A stretch of 64,000 bases of DNA from Chloroflexota bacterium (GTDB taxonomy: Bacteria; Chloroflexota; Dehalococcoidia; UBA2979). Within the stretch, counting starts at the first letter, position 1. Every line of letters starts with the position of its first letter. Of the stretch, positions 29,904-40,128 are shown piece by piece. The stretch is taken from the NCBI GenBank assembly GCA_027593235.1, contig JAQCIU010000009.1:32001-96000 (forward strand). Reading direction: 5' to 3'. A program made the position numbers and the translations under genes. The notes below the pieces were generated by a model that worked only from the letters and a program-made list of their open reading frames with translations, had not been told where the DNA came from and did no database searches.

Positions 29904-32900
29904 GTGATCTTCTGCACAGCCTGTGGCAGCGAAGCAGACGACCAGGCGCTGTTCTGCGATCACTGCGGTACCCAGCTCGTCGCCGCGCTTCCGCGCGTCT
30001 GCACCGAGTGCGGCCGCCGCAACCGCACCAGCGCCAGCTTCTGCAACGCCTGTGGCACCAGCCTCCAGGCCGCGCCCGCCGCAGCCGTCGCGCTCACCAC
30101 ACCGCCACTCACCGTCTCACCGACCCGCGTCGAGCCGTCGCTCCCTCCCGAGGTGCCCTCTGCCCCTGCGGCGTCGGCGCCAACCCCGGCGTCAGCGCCG
30201 GCGCCACCCCCACCCGTCGAGGCCGCGCCATCGCGTCCGCCACCGACGCCCGAGTCGGCAACGCTCGAACCAATCGCGGCGGCGCTCGAATCGGCCGTTC
30301 CCGCGGTCGAGGCACCGACAGGCACCCCGGGGCCCGATCCGTCCGCGGCACCGCCGCCGTCCCGACCGCATCGCGAATCGGACCCTGCCACCCGTGCGCG
30401 TCGACCGGGCCCGCCCCCGCCGCCCTCCCGTTCTGCCGCCGAAAGCGCCAGAGAATGGGCCGCCTCTCGCCAGGCCGACATCCTCCTCTACCTCGGCGCA
30501 TTCCTGCTCGTCGCCGCCGCGCTGCTCTTCGTCTCATCGCAGGGCAACGAACTTTCGTCCGAACTGCGCGTCTCGCTGCTGCTCGTCTACACCGTCGCCT
30601 TCACCGTCGCCGGGCTCCTCGCTCGCCGCACCACCCGGATCCGCGAGGCCGGCGCCGTCTTCCTCGCGATCGGCGCACTGATCACCCCGCTCAACTTCCT
30701 CCTCATCTACACCGAGATCCTTGAGCAACGGGACGTCTCGCCTGATCTCGTCTGGCTGATCGGCTCGCTCTACAGCGCGCTCTTCTACGCCCTGCTCTGG
30801 TCCCGCGGCTACGGCAAGCTCTACGCCGTTCCCGCCGGGCTCTCCATCGTCAGCGCCTGGGCCGCGTTGGCCGCCGTCGTCGATCTCCCCGCCGAGTGGT
30901 TCGGCACCTGGTGGATCGGCTTCCTCGTGATCGCCTCCGCCGTCGCGGTCCGTGTCCGCTACTACGGCACCGAGGTCGCGGCGGTGCTTGGCGCATTGAT
31001 CGCGCTCGTGCTGCTGGGCGAACTCATCGCCTCCGATCTCTTCCTCGGCGATCACGGCGCCGTCCCGCTGCCGTTCAGCTTCGCGCTCATCACCGCCTGG
31101 TTCGCGCTCACCGGCTGGTCGCTGCGCCAGCCGCTACTGCTGCCGTGGGGTGCGACCAGCGCGATCGCCATCGGCATCGCCGCCGTCCGTGCGCTCGGGC
31201 TCGCCGAGGACTGGGGCGCCTACTCCCCGCTCGCGATGGGCTTCGTCGCCGTCTACTCGCGTCGCTGGTGGGCCCGCTGGAACCTCAGCATTGCGCGCCT
31301 CGGCTGGCCGTACGCCGCCGGCTGCGCGCTCACGCCGCTCGCGCTGATCGGCGCCTACGACACCTCCGCCCACGGCGCTGTCTCCTTCCTCGTCGGTGCC
31401 GCCGTGCTCGCCTCGGTCGCCTGGCGCGACACCACCGATGGCGTCCGCCTCCTCGACGAGGTGCCGCGTGGCACCCCCACCACCGTCGCTGAACGCACGG
31501 TGTTCGCCTGGCTCGGCTTCATCTCGCTGCTGATCGGCGTCGGCTACACCCAGCGCGAACTGGGCATCGCGGCTCAGAACACCGGCTGGAGCTACCTCGC
31601 GATCGGCCTCGTCACCATCGCCCTGCTCGCCCGCACGGGACGTCGCTGGAACCCCGCGCTCGCGGTGTTCGCGCCGCCTGCGATCCTCGCGATGCTCGTG
31701 TCGCTCGCCGACCCGGGCGAATACCCGGGCCACGTCGCCGTCCTGCTCGGCGTGCCGGCGCTCGCCTTCCTCGCCAGCTTCGCGATCACCCGCCGCTGGG
31801 GTACGACACTCGTCTCGGCCGCCATCGCCGTCTTCGCCGTCGCAGCCGCCTGGGACGCCCTCGGCTGGACCCCGTGGACGCTCGCCGTCGCCTACTCGCT
31901 TGCCGGGACCGCGCTGTTCGCGTCCCTCACGCCGCTCCGCAGCTACCGCCCCAGGAGCACGCCGACGATCGTCGCCATCCTCTCCTGGAGCTACCTCCTC
32001 ATCGGTCCAATCGTCGCCTTCGGTGAGGTGCTCAGCGGCGAGAGCGGCGCCTTCTCGGTCGAACTTCCCGCCTACCGCGCTGGCCTCTACCTGCTCCTGC
32101 TGCTCGCCCCGCCGCTCGCCTACGAGGGCTGGCGCTTCCACAACTGGAGCGTCACCGCCGCCGCCACCACGCTCGCTGCGCTCGTCATCGCGCCGCTCTG
32201 GAACTCCTACGGGTGGCCGGCCTGGACGCTCTCGCTGACCTACCTCGGCGTCGGTGTCGTCCGCTTCGCGACGATGACCGCCGTCCGCACCTACGCCCGC
32301 GACTGGCGGCAGATCCCGATCGTCTTCCTCTCCTGGGGCCTCACGCTCGCCGCGCCAATCACCGCCTGGATCGCCCTCGCCGATCGAATGGCCTCGGACG
32401 GCGGCGCCGCCGTCGAAATGGTCGAATACCGCGCGTTCATCGTCGGCGTCCTCGCACCCGCGCCGTTGCTGCTCTTCGAGGCCCGCCGCCTCCGCGCCCG
32501 CTGGGCGCTCGTCTCCTCCTCGGTCGTCGCGATGGCGGCACTGCTGCTCACCATCGCCGTCTTCCGCTTCGACTCAGTGCACGCCTACACCGTGCCGGTC
32601 GGCCTCGATCTGATCGCCTTCGGCCTGATCGTCCGCCGCTCGGCCGTGATGATCGAACGCCATCTGATGCTCCACGAAGCCGTGCTGCTCCTCGGTGTCG
32701 CCATCATGCTCGTGCCGCAGGCCGCTGAAGGAGTCCAGCCGGAGGGCGCGGCCTGGGGTGGCGTCGTCCTCGTCGAAGGCATCGTCTTCCTGCTCGTCGG
32801 CATGGTGCTCGGCTCGCGCTGGCTGACCGTCGGCGGCGTCCTCGCCGTCTCCGGCGTCGCCATCCGCTGGCTGGCCGATAGCACGGGCGACACCATTCCC

Positions 32901-33134
32901 TACTGGCTCTCGCTCGGCGGCGTCGGCATGGGGCTGCTCGTCCTCGGCACCGTGCTGCTACTCGCCCGCGATCGCTGGATCGTGATCAAGAACGCAACCG
33001 TCACCTGGTGGCGGCGCAGCGCGACCCTCCGTGGCGTCGGAATCGAGTGGCCGGTGGTCGCTGCCCCGGCCGCCGTGATCGTCATCGCCCTGCTCGTCGC
33101 GTCTATCGAAGACTGGGTCCGCCGCGTCGCCTAG
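29904..33134 (+). CDS. Large polytopic membrane protein with N-terminal double zinc ribbon and Pro-rich linker
   Basis: CTAC, CDHC, CTEC and CNAC pairs, a Pro/Ala linker, then more than 20 hydrophobic segments. Confidence 0.8.
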   Translation: MIFCTACGSEADDQALFCDHCGTQLVAALPRVCTECGRRNRTSASFCNACGTSLQAAPAAAVALTTPPLTVSPTRVEPSLPPEVPSAPAASAPTPASAPAPPPPVEAAPSRPPPTPESATLEPIAAALESAVPAVEAPTGTPGPDPSAAPPPSRPHRESDPATRARRPGPPPPPSRSAAESAREWAASRQADILLYLGAFLLVAAALLFVSSQGNELSSELRVSLLLVYTVAFTVAGLLARRTTRIREAGAVFLAIGALITPLNFLLIYTEILEQRDVSPDLVWLIGSLYSALFYALLWSRGYGKLYAVPAGLSIVSAWAALAAVVDLPAEWFGTWWIGFLVIASAVAVRVRYYGTEVAAVLGALIALVLLGELIASDLFLGDHGAVPLPFSFALITAWFALTGWSLRQPLLLPWGATSAIAIGIAAVRALGLAEDWGAYSPLAMGFVAVYSRRWWARWNLSIARLGWPYAAGCALTPLALIGAYDTSAHGAVSFLVGAAVLASVAWRDTTDGVRLLDEVPRGTPTTVAERTVFAWLGFISLLIGVGYTQRELGIAAQNTGWSYLAIGLVTIALLARTGRRWNPALAVFAPPAILAMLVSLADPGEYPGHVAVLLGVPALAFLASFAITRRWGTTLVSAAIAVFAVAAAWDALGWTPWTLAVAYSLAGTALFASLTPLRSYRPRSTPTIVAILSWSYLLIGPIVAFGEVLSGESGAFSVELPAYRAGLYLLLLLAPPLAYEGWRFHNWSVTAAATTLAALVIAPLWNSYGWPAWTLSLTYLGVGVVRFATMTAVRTYARDWRQIPIVFLSWGLTLAAPITAWIALADRMASDGGAAVEMVEYRAFIVGVLAPAPLLLFEARRLRARWALVSSSVVAMAALLLTIAVFRFDSVHAYTVPVGLDLIAFGLIVRRSAVMIERHLMLHEAVLLLGVAIMLVPQAAEGVQPEGAAWGGVVLVEGIVFLLVGMVLGSRWLTVGGVLAVSGVAIRWLADSTGDTIPYWLSLGGVGMGLLVLGTVLLLARDRWIVIKNATVTWWRRSATLRGVGIEWPVVAAPAAVIVIALLVASIEDWVRRVA

Positions 33135-33188
33135 CCACGCACTCCCGCCCGATCGTCTATCGTCTGCTCGCGGAAGCGAGGTGGATCG

Positions 33189-34031
33189 ATGGCTGATCTC
33201 TCAGGACGGGTCGCGATCGTGACCGGCGCCAGTCGCGGCCTCGGCAAGGACATCGCGCTCGCGCTGGCGACGGCCGGCGTCTCCGTCGTCGCCGCCGCGC
33301 GCACCGACTCCGAGGGCGACTCGCGCATCCCCGGCTCGCTCGGTCACACCGTCGCGCTGATCGAGGAAGCCGGTGGCACCGCCAGCGCCGCTCACTGCGA
33401 CGTCACCAGCCAGGCCGACATCGACGCCACCGTCGCCGGCGCCCTCGAAACCTACGGACGCCTCGACATCCTCGTGAACAACGCCGGCGTGCTGATCCCC
33501 GGTCGCGTCACCGAACTCCAGCCGAAGCACTGGGAACTCATCTTCCGCGTCAACGTGCACGCGCCGTTCAACTTCTGCCGCGCCGTCATCCCGCACCTCG
33601 CCGCCGGCGGCGGTGGTCACATCATCAACATCTCCTCGCGAGGCGCGATCGGTCCGGGCCCCGGCCCCTACACCGAGGCGCGCCCGACCGGTGGCGCCGC
33701 CTACGGCGCGACCAAGATCGCCCTCGAGCGCTTCAGCCAGGGCCTGGCCGCCGAGGTCTTCGAGGACCACATCTCCGTCAACGCCCTCTCCCCGCATCTC
33801 CCGATCTGGTCCGAGGGCGGTCACTTCTTCCGCAGCAACAACGGCGAACCGGACTACGGCGGCTGGCGCCTCAGCGGCGACGTGATCGGCGACGCCGCCG
33901 TCGTCATCTGCGGCCAGCAGCCCGGCCACTACACCGGCAACATCCTTTACGACGAACTGGTGATGCTGAACGAGGGCGGTCTCACGCCCGCGCAGGTCGC
34001 CGCGCGCTACCCCGTCGAAACCGCGAACTAA
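33189..34031 (+). CDS. SDR family oxidoreductase
   Basis: TGASRGLG, NNAG and YGATK motifs. Confidence 0.92.
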   Translation: MADLSGRVAIVTGASRGLGKDIALALATAGVSVVAAARTDSEGDSRIPGSLGHTVALIEEAGGTASAAHCDVTSQADIDATVAGALETYGRLDILVNNAGVLIPGRVTELQPKHWELIFRVNVHAPFNFCRAVIPHLAAGGGGHIINISSRGAIGPGPGPYTEARPTGGAAYGATKIALERFSQGLAAEVFEDHISVNALSPHLPIWSEGGHFFRSNNGEPDYGGWRLSGDVIGDAAVVICGQQPGHYTGNILYDELVMLNEGGLTPAQVAARYPVETAN

Positions 34032-34042
34032 GGAGCCCACTC

Positions 34043-35311
34043 ATGGCCGTCGAAACCCGCCCGCTCGATCTCGTCGATGCCCTCCCGGAGGAAGTCGGCA
34101 TGTCCTCGGAGCGCCTCAAGAACGTCACGCGGCTCGTCCAGCGCTACGTCGACAACGGCCTCTACTCCAGCGCGATCAGCATGATCGCCCGCCACGATCG
34201 CGTCGTGCACTTCGAGACCTACGGCAGCATGGACGACGAGGCCGGCAAGCCGATGACGCACGACGCCATCGTCCGCGCCTACTCGATGACGAAGCCGATC
34301 GCCTCGATCGCGCTGATGCAGCTCTACGAGGAAGGTCTCTTCCAGCTCAACGACCCGGTCTCCGCCTACGTCCCAGAGTTCACTGGACTCCAGGTGTTCG
34401 ACGGCGGTGACGAGCACGACTTCCGCACCCGTCCACCCATCCGCGAGATGTCCGTTCGCGACGTGCTCATGCACACCTCGGGCCTGATCGGCCGCGCCGA
34501 TCAGAACCCCGTCGGCCGCATGTACGCCGCCGCCGGTCTCCACGGCAGCGAGTCCGAGGGCAACCTCCACGACATGATCCGCAAAGTCGGCGAACTGCCG
34601 CTCGCCTGCGACCCCGGCTCCGAGTGGAATTACGGCATCTCCACCGACGTCGTCGGCTACCTCGTCGAGGTGCTCTCCGGCCAGCCGCTCGATCGCTACC
34701 TCGAAGAGCGCATCTTCCAGCCGCTCGCGATGCCCGACACCGGCTTCCACGTCCCCGAGTCGGAGTTCGAGCGCTTCGCCGCCTGCTACGAAAAAACCGA
34801 GGACGTCGTCGGCTCGAACGGCACCGGCAAGCGCTACCGCCTCCAGGACGCCCCCGCCGGCAGTCACTACACCACGCCCCGCACGTACTTCAGCGGCGCG
34901 GGCGGCCTCGTCACCACCGCCGCCGACTACATGCGCTTCAGCCGCATGCTCACCAACAGCGGAGAACTCGAGGGCGAGCGTGTCATCGGCCCGCGCACGA
35001 TCGAGTTCATGGCGATGAACCACCTGCCCACCGGCGGCGATCTCGCCACCATGGGTCAGCCGCAGTTCGGCGAAACGACCATGGAGGGCATCGGCTTCGG
35101 TCTCGGCTTCGCGGTCCTGATCGATCCGGCGCGCGCCCAGCTCCTCGGCACGCCTGGCGAGTACTACTGGGGCGGGGCCGCCTCAACCGCCTTCTTCGTC
35201 TCGCCCGCCGAGGACCTCGCTGTCGTCTTCCTGACGCAGCTCCGACCGTCCTCCAGCTACCCGATCCGTCGCGAGCTGCGCATCGCCACGTACCAGGCCA
35301 TCACCGACTAG
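34043..35311 (+). CDS. Serine hydrolase, class C beta-lactamase-like esterase
   Basis: SMTK, LMHTSG, PGSEWNYG and WGG motifs. Confidence 0.92.
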   Translation: MAVETRPLDLVDALPEEVGMSSERLKNVTRLVQRYVDNGLYSSAISMIARHDRVVHFETYGSMDDEAGKPMTHDAIVRAYSMTKPIASIALMQLYEEGLFQLNDPVSAYVPEFTGLQVFDGGDEHDFRTRPPIREMSVRDVLMHTSGLIGRADQNPVGRMYAAAGLHGSESEGNLHDMIRKVGELPLACDPGSEWNYGISTDVVGYLVEVLSGQPLDRYLEERIFQPLAMPDTGFHVPESEFERFAACYEKTEDVVGSNGTGKRYRLQDAPAGSHYTTPRTYFSGAGGLVTTAADYMRFSRMLTNSGELEGERVIGPRTIEFMAMNHLPTGGDLATMGQPQFGETTMEGIGFGLGFAVLIDPARAQLLGTPGEYYWGGAASTAFFVSPAEDLAVVFLTQLRPSSSYPIRRELRIATYQAITD

Positions 35312-35379
35312 CTGCGCCCCCACCCGGGGGCGCTGTCCGGCGGGCTGCCGGCAGGAGGTCGCTTCGCCGGACCGGCCTC

Positions 35380-35802
35380 CTAGACGCCGGAGTCCTTCAT
35401 CGAGCCGGTCAGCGGGTCGCCGCCAAAGTCACGGAGAATGCACACGATCTCCTGGTCGCCCTGGTCCCACGAGTCCGGTGTCGGGTAGAGCCAGCTGATG
35501 TCCAGCGCGGAGCTGTCGAAGTCGCGGCCGACGTACGGCTCGAAGCGCGACAGGCAGCCCTCGATCGCCGCATCCTCAACCACCGCGGCGCCCGGAAAGT
35601 CGCCATCCGGCAGGTCGAACAGCCCATAAACCTCAACGCCGTGCGGTTCACCGCAGTCCGTGGTCGTCACGTTCGAGACCTCGACGCCCGTGCCCGGATT
35701 CTCGAAGCAGTCGCCAACCTTCAGGCTGAACACGTTCCCATCGCCACAGGCACCGAGCACCACCGCGGCCATTGCCACCGCAACTATCGCGAAACGACCC
35801 AT
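35380..35802 (-). CDS. Septum-formation-family Cys-rich lipoprotein
   Basis: LGAC lipobox; L.VGDCF...C..PH..EV...C...P...SW..GD.EI.C pattern; GGAGG RBS. Confidence 0.8.
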   Translation of the reverse strand: MGRFAIVAVAMAAVVLGACGDGNVFSLKVGDCFENPGTGVEVSNVTTTDCGEPHGVEVYGLFDLPDGDFPGAAVVEDAAIEGCLSRFEPYVGRDFDSSALDISWLYPTPDSWDQGDQEIVCILRDFGGDPLTGSMKDSGV

Positions 35803-35931
35803 CTCGAACCTCCGACTCATGGAACACGTCTCGCGATCCTCGGTCGAGTCCGTGGCCACGCTTCGCGGGTTCACCCCAATACGTCCGCTATCATCCGCGC
35901 TCGACCCGACCGAGGACCACGGAGGACCCGC

Positions 35932-36480
35932 ATGCCCCGACTCGCCCCGCTCGACATGGATCACCTTTCGCCCGCGCAGCAGACGATCGTCGACAAGATG
36001 CTCAGCGGCCCTCGAGGTGGCATGCGCGGACCGTTCGAGTCGCTGCTCCGTCGCCCCGAACTCTGCGACCGTGTCCAGCACCTCGGCGCCTACTGCCGCT
36101 TCGACACCACGCTCGACCGCGACGTCTCCGAGCTGGCGATCATCCTCACCGGCAAACAGTGGAAGGCCCAGTTCGAGTTCTGGGCCCACGCCCGTCTCGC
36201 CCGCGAAGCCGGCCTGCCCGATCCGATCATCGAGGCCGTCCGTACCGGCTCCCCGCTCGCCACCGACAACGCCGCATACCTCGCCGTCGCCGCCTTCGTC
36301 CGCGAGTACTTCGCCTCCAACCGTGTCGCCGACGCCACCTACGAGGCCGCACGCGCCGCCCTCGGTGAGCAGGGCGTCGTCGACCTCGTCGGCCTCGTCG
36401 GCTACTACACCCTCGTCTCGATGACCCTCAACGTCTTCGAGGTCGGCCTCCCCGAGGGCGAACCAGAACTGCTCGCCTGA
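35932..36480 (+). CDS. Carboxymuconolactone decarboxylase (AhpD-like) family protein
   Basis: GPF..LL..PEL, ELAII, FEFWAH...AREAGL and LVGYY motifs. Confidence 0.88.
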   Translation: MPRLAPLDMDHLSPAQQTIVDKMLSGPRGGMRGPFESLLRRPELCDRVQHLGAYCRFDTTLDRDVSELAIILTGKQWKAQFEFWAHARLAREAGLPDPIIEAVRTGSPLATDNAAYLAVAAFVREYFASNRVADATYEAARAALGEQGVVDLVGLVGYYTLVSMTLNVFEVGLPEGEPELLA

Positions 36481-36496
36481 TCCCAGGAGCTCCACC

Positions 36497-37438
36497 ATGG
36501 CGACGATCCAGACCGCGACCGGCCCCATCGACAGCGACGACCTCGGGTTCACGCTCACCCACGAACACGTCGTCGTCGGCTCGCCCCCCGTGCGCCAGCA
36601 GTTCCCCGATCTCTTCGATCGCGAAGCGATCCTCGCGATCGCCGTTCCCAACCTCATCGCCGCCCGCGAGGCTGGCGTCCGCACCATCGTCGATCTCACC
36701 CCGATCACCCTCGGCCGCGACGCCGGCCTGATCCGCGACGCCGCCCAGCGATCGGGCGTCCAGATCATCGTCGCCACCGGCCTCTACTACTTCCCCGATC
36801 TCTACTTCGCCTTCGCCTCCATCGAGCACCTCACCGCGCTCTTCGTCCGCGACATCAACGATGGCATCGGCGACACCGGCGTCCGCGCCGGCGTCATCAA
36901 GTGCGCCACCCAGCCAGACATGAACCCCTTCAACGAAAAGGTGCTCCGCGCCTCCGCACAGGCGCACCGCCAGACCGGCGTGCCGATCGGCACCCACACC
37001 TTCGTCGCCAACCGCACCGGCCTCGATCAGACCCGCGTCTTCCACGAGGAAGGCGTCGATCTCGGCCGCGTCATCATCGGCCACTCCGATGACACCGACG
37101 ACATCTCCTACCTCGAGGACATCATCGAGACCGGCGCCTACATCGGCATGGACCGCATCGGCATCCCCCGCCCCCGCACCAGCGAGGAGCGCGCCGACAT
37201 GGTTGCCGCCCTCGTCGAGCGTGGCTACGCCAGTCGCGTCTGCCTCTCGCACGACAGCGGCGTCATGGAGGGCTACGACGAAGCCCTCAAGGCGGAGCGC
37301 TCCCCGGACTGGCGCTACACCTTCATCCCCCGCGAGTTCTCCGCCTTGCTCCGCGAGCGCGGCGTCAGCGACGACGCGATCACCCAGATGACCGTCGCCA
37401 ACCCTCGCACGATCTTCGGACAGACCGAGCCGTACTAA
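36497..37438 (+). CDS. Phosphotriesterase-related lactonase
   Basis: THEH, GRD, IK, HT, GH and SHD amidohydrolase motifs. Confidence 0.92.
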   Translation: MATIQTATGPIDSDDLGFTLTHEHVVVGSPPVRQQFPDLFDREAILAIAVPNLIAAREAGVRTIVDLTPITLGRDAGLIRDAAQRSGVQIIVATGLYYFPDLYFAFASIEHLTALFVRDINDGIGDTGVRAGVIKCATQPDMNPFNEKVLRASAQAHRQTGVPIGTHTFVANRTGLDQTRVFHEEGVDLGRVIIGHSDDTDDISYLEDIIETGAYIGMDRIGIPRPRTSEERADMVAALVERGYASRVCLSHDSGVMEGYDEALKAERSPDWRYTFIPREFSALLRERGVSDDAITQMTVANPRTIFGQTEPY

Positions 37439-37479
37439 CGCCGGCCACTACCGCGGCCGGCGGACAAAGGAGACGCCTG

Positions 37480-38946
37480 ATGGGCAAGCAAACCGCTTGG
37501 CGCGAGGACTACAACGCCCGCCTGATGGCCGTCGACGACGCCATGCGCCTGATCAACGAGGGCGATCTCGTCAAACTCAACGTCGGCTCGCCCCCCACCA
37601 TCGCCGCCCTCCTCGATCGCCGCGCCCGCGAACTCGGCGTCCTCGACATCCGCTTCCTCGCCCCGGGCTACCTCCCGCTCGTCGATTCACCCCGCGAGGC
37701 CGGCGAGCGCGAGATCGAGATCTTCATCGGCGACCCCTACCGCCCCAGCCACGACGCCCACCGCAGCACCTACCTGCCAACAACCTTCATGCTCGGGCTC
37801 AAGGCCTTCGACGCCGGCCGCCCCGAGGCGCGCATCCCCGACGTCAACCTGGTCGCCTGCAGTCCGCCCAACGAGGCCGGTTACGTCCACTTCGGCCCAA
37901 CCCACTGGCTGCGCAAGTCCTACCTCGAGCGCTGCAAAACCACCATCGCCTTCGTCGATCCGGACATGATGCCCGTCCACGGCGACGTCTGGTCCCACGT
38001 CTCCGCCTTCGCCGCCTTCGTCGAAGACGCCCTCCCCCGGCTCGATCTCCCGAGGCTCCGCGAACGGATCGCCAGCGAATCCCCCGAGGCGTTCCGCGCC
38101 CGCCTCCTCCGCCTCACCGAGCTCGTTCCCGGCGAGCGCCTCGCCGCGATCCAGGACCAACTCCCGCTCATGGACCCCGCCGTCCTCGAGGACGCGATGA
38201 ACCTCGGCCCGATCGACGACGCCGCGATGGGCATCGCCTCCCACCTCAAGGAACTGATCCGCGACGGCGACACCATCCAGGTCGGCGTCGGCACCCCCAG
38301 CGCCCTCATGTTCAACGCCGGTGCCTTCGATGAAGCCGAAAACCTCGGCCTCCACACCGAACTCGGCTCCCCCGGCCTCGCCAAGCTCTGGGATCGCGGC
38401 ATCCTCAACCACTCGAAGAAGAGCATCCACAAGGGTGTCGGCGTCGCCGTCGCCTGGTCCGGCTGCGACGGCGAGGACCTCGCGATCATCCGCGACAACC
38501 CCGCCTTCGAGCTCTACGACCCGCACTACCTGCTCCACCCCACGCTCATGTCCCAGAACAACCAGATGACCTCGATCAACAGCGCGGTCGCCGTCGATCT
38601 CCTCGGCCAGATCGCCAGCGAGGACCGCTATGGCGGCCAGATGATCAACGGCACCGGCGGACAGCCAGACACCCACCTCGGTGCCACCCTCTGCCGCAAC
38701 GGCCGCGCCATCACCGTCCTCCGCTCCACCGCGGTCGGCGGATCCATCTCCAAGATCGCCGCCAAGCACGAGGCCGGCACACTCGTCACCATCCCCCGCT
38801 ACCTCGCCGACACCGTCATCACCGAGTACGGCATCGCTCGCCTCCTCGACAAGAACCACCGCCAACGCGCCGAGGAGCTGATCAGCATCGCCCACCCGGA
38901 CTTCCGCCCGGAGCTGCGTAAGCAGGCCCTCGCCCTCTGGGGCTAG
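37480..38946 (+). CDS. Acetyl-CoA hydrolase / 4-hydroxybutyrate CoA-transferase family protein
   Basis: DGDTIQVGVG, HTE, GTGGQ.D, VITEYG and IAHPDFR motifs. Confidence 0.9.
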   Translation: MGKQTAWREDYNARLMAVDDAMRLINEGDLVKLNVGSPPTIAALLDRRARELGVLDIRFLAPGYLPLVDSPREAGEREIEIFIGDPYRPSHDAHRSTYLPTTFMLGLKAFDAGRPEARIPDVNLVACSPPNEAGYVHFGPTHWLRKSYLERCKTTIAFVDPDMMPVHGDVWSHVSAFAAFVEDALPRLDLPRLRERIASESPEAFRARLLRLTELVPGERLAAIQDQLPLMDPAVLEDAMNLGPIDDAAMGIASHLKELIRDGDTIQVGVGTPSALMFNAGAFDEAENLGLHTELGSPGLAKLWDRGILNHSKKSIHKGVGVAVAWSGCDGEDLAIIRDNPAFELYDPHYLLHPTLMSQNNQMTSINSAVAVDLLGQIASEDRYGGQMINGTGGQPDTHLGATLCRNGRAITVLRSTAVGGSISKIAAKHEAGTLVTIPRYLADTVITEYGIARLLDKNHRQRAEELISIAHPDFRPELRKQALALWG

Positions 38947-39026
38947 CCCCGCTCCGCGATCGCGATCACCGGGCCACCGCGCCCGGCGCGCTACCTTCGA
39001 GGTCCACCCAACCGATTGGACCCGCC

Positions 39027-39875
39027 GTGCCTCGCTACCCGCGCCTGCCACTCCTCGCCGCCGCCATCCTCGCGCTCGCCCTCGTCGCCGCCTGTAGCGG
39101 CGACTCCAACGACGACGCCGCCCCCGCCGTCCGCCCCTTCTCCGAGGTCCAGGCCACCGACTTCGTCTTCGAGTCCGATCCCAGCGATCCCAACCGCGCC
39201 ATCTTCCGCATGGAAACCACCGAACCGATGATCTGCGCCATCGTCTGGGGCGAAACCGAAGCCCTCGGCAACTTCAACAACTCGCTCGCCATGAACGGCA
39301 CCGGCATCGTCGCCCACGACGTCTTCCTCCCCGGAGCCGCGGCCGGATCGACCTACTTCTATCGGGTCCAGGGCTCGACCGCCGACGGCACCCTCTACCA
39401 GAGCCCCCTCGCCACCTTCACCGTCCAGGGCGACACAGCCGCTGCTCCGGGCGGCGCCGCCACCCCGGCCCCCGTCGGTGCCAACCTCGCCCCTGCCGGC
39501 ACCGTCACCGCGGCCAGCAGCCAGTTCAGCGACGCCTGGGCCGGCGCCAACGCGATCGATGACGATCTCACCACCGAGTGGTCCTCGCTCGGCAGCGGTG
39601 ACGACGCCTTCATCACCGTCGATCTCGGCCAATCGCAGCCAATCGGCGGCGTCGAATACCTCACCCGCAGCATGGCGGACGGCTCCGCCATCACCACCAC
39701 CTTCACCGTCATCCCCGACGGCGGAGCACCACTCGGCCCCTTCGAGGCCAGCACACCCGCCCGCCCTGCCATCCACCTGCTCGACATCCAGGCGCGCGAA
39801 CTGCGCTTCGAGGTCGAGAACAGCACCGGCGGAAACACCGGCGCTATCGAGGTCCGCGTCTTCGCGCCCGAATAA
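39027..39875 (+). CDS. Lipoprotein with FN3-like and discoidin (F5/8 type C) domains
   Basis: VAAC lipobox; H.V.L.G....STYFYRV; ASS.F......NAIDDD..TEWSS...ITVDLG. Confidence 0.78.
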   Translation: MPRYPRLPLLAAAILALALVAACSGDSNDDAAPAVRPFSEVQATDFVFESDPSDPNRAIFRMETTEPMICAIVWGETEALGNFNNSLAMNGTGIVAHDVFLPGAAAGSTYFYRVQGSTADGTLYQSPLATFTVQGDTAAAPGGAATPAPVGANLAPAGTVTAASSQFSDAWAGANAIDDDLTTEWSSLGSGDDAFITVDLGQSQPIGGVEYLTRSMADGSAITTTFTVIPDGGAPLGPFEASTPARPAIHLLDIQARELRFEVENSTGGNTGAIEVRVFAPE

Positions 39876-40128
39876 CGCGGCCATCCCCCTCGGCGGTCGC
39901 CAGCAGCCCTCCGACCGGTACCTGAGTTCTGTCAGCGGTGCTATCGTTCGGCACGTGAGTCGTCGCGATCCCTCCCGGATCGGACTGCGCCCGCGGCGGG
40001 ACGTGGTGCGAACGCGCCACCAATCACCGACCAAATAAGGTGCAACGACGGCTCAAAGAGCGCGGCTCGCCGCGCCGGACGTTGGCGGCGTCCGCATCCG
40101 CATCCGCCACTGCTATTCAGGAAGAATT

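Noticed and set aside
39956-40055. tRNA-Sec or cobalamin riboswitch
   Set aside because: No T-loop, UCA anticodon loop or CCA end on either strand; no GGGAA/CGGTG core or B12 box.
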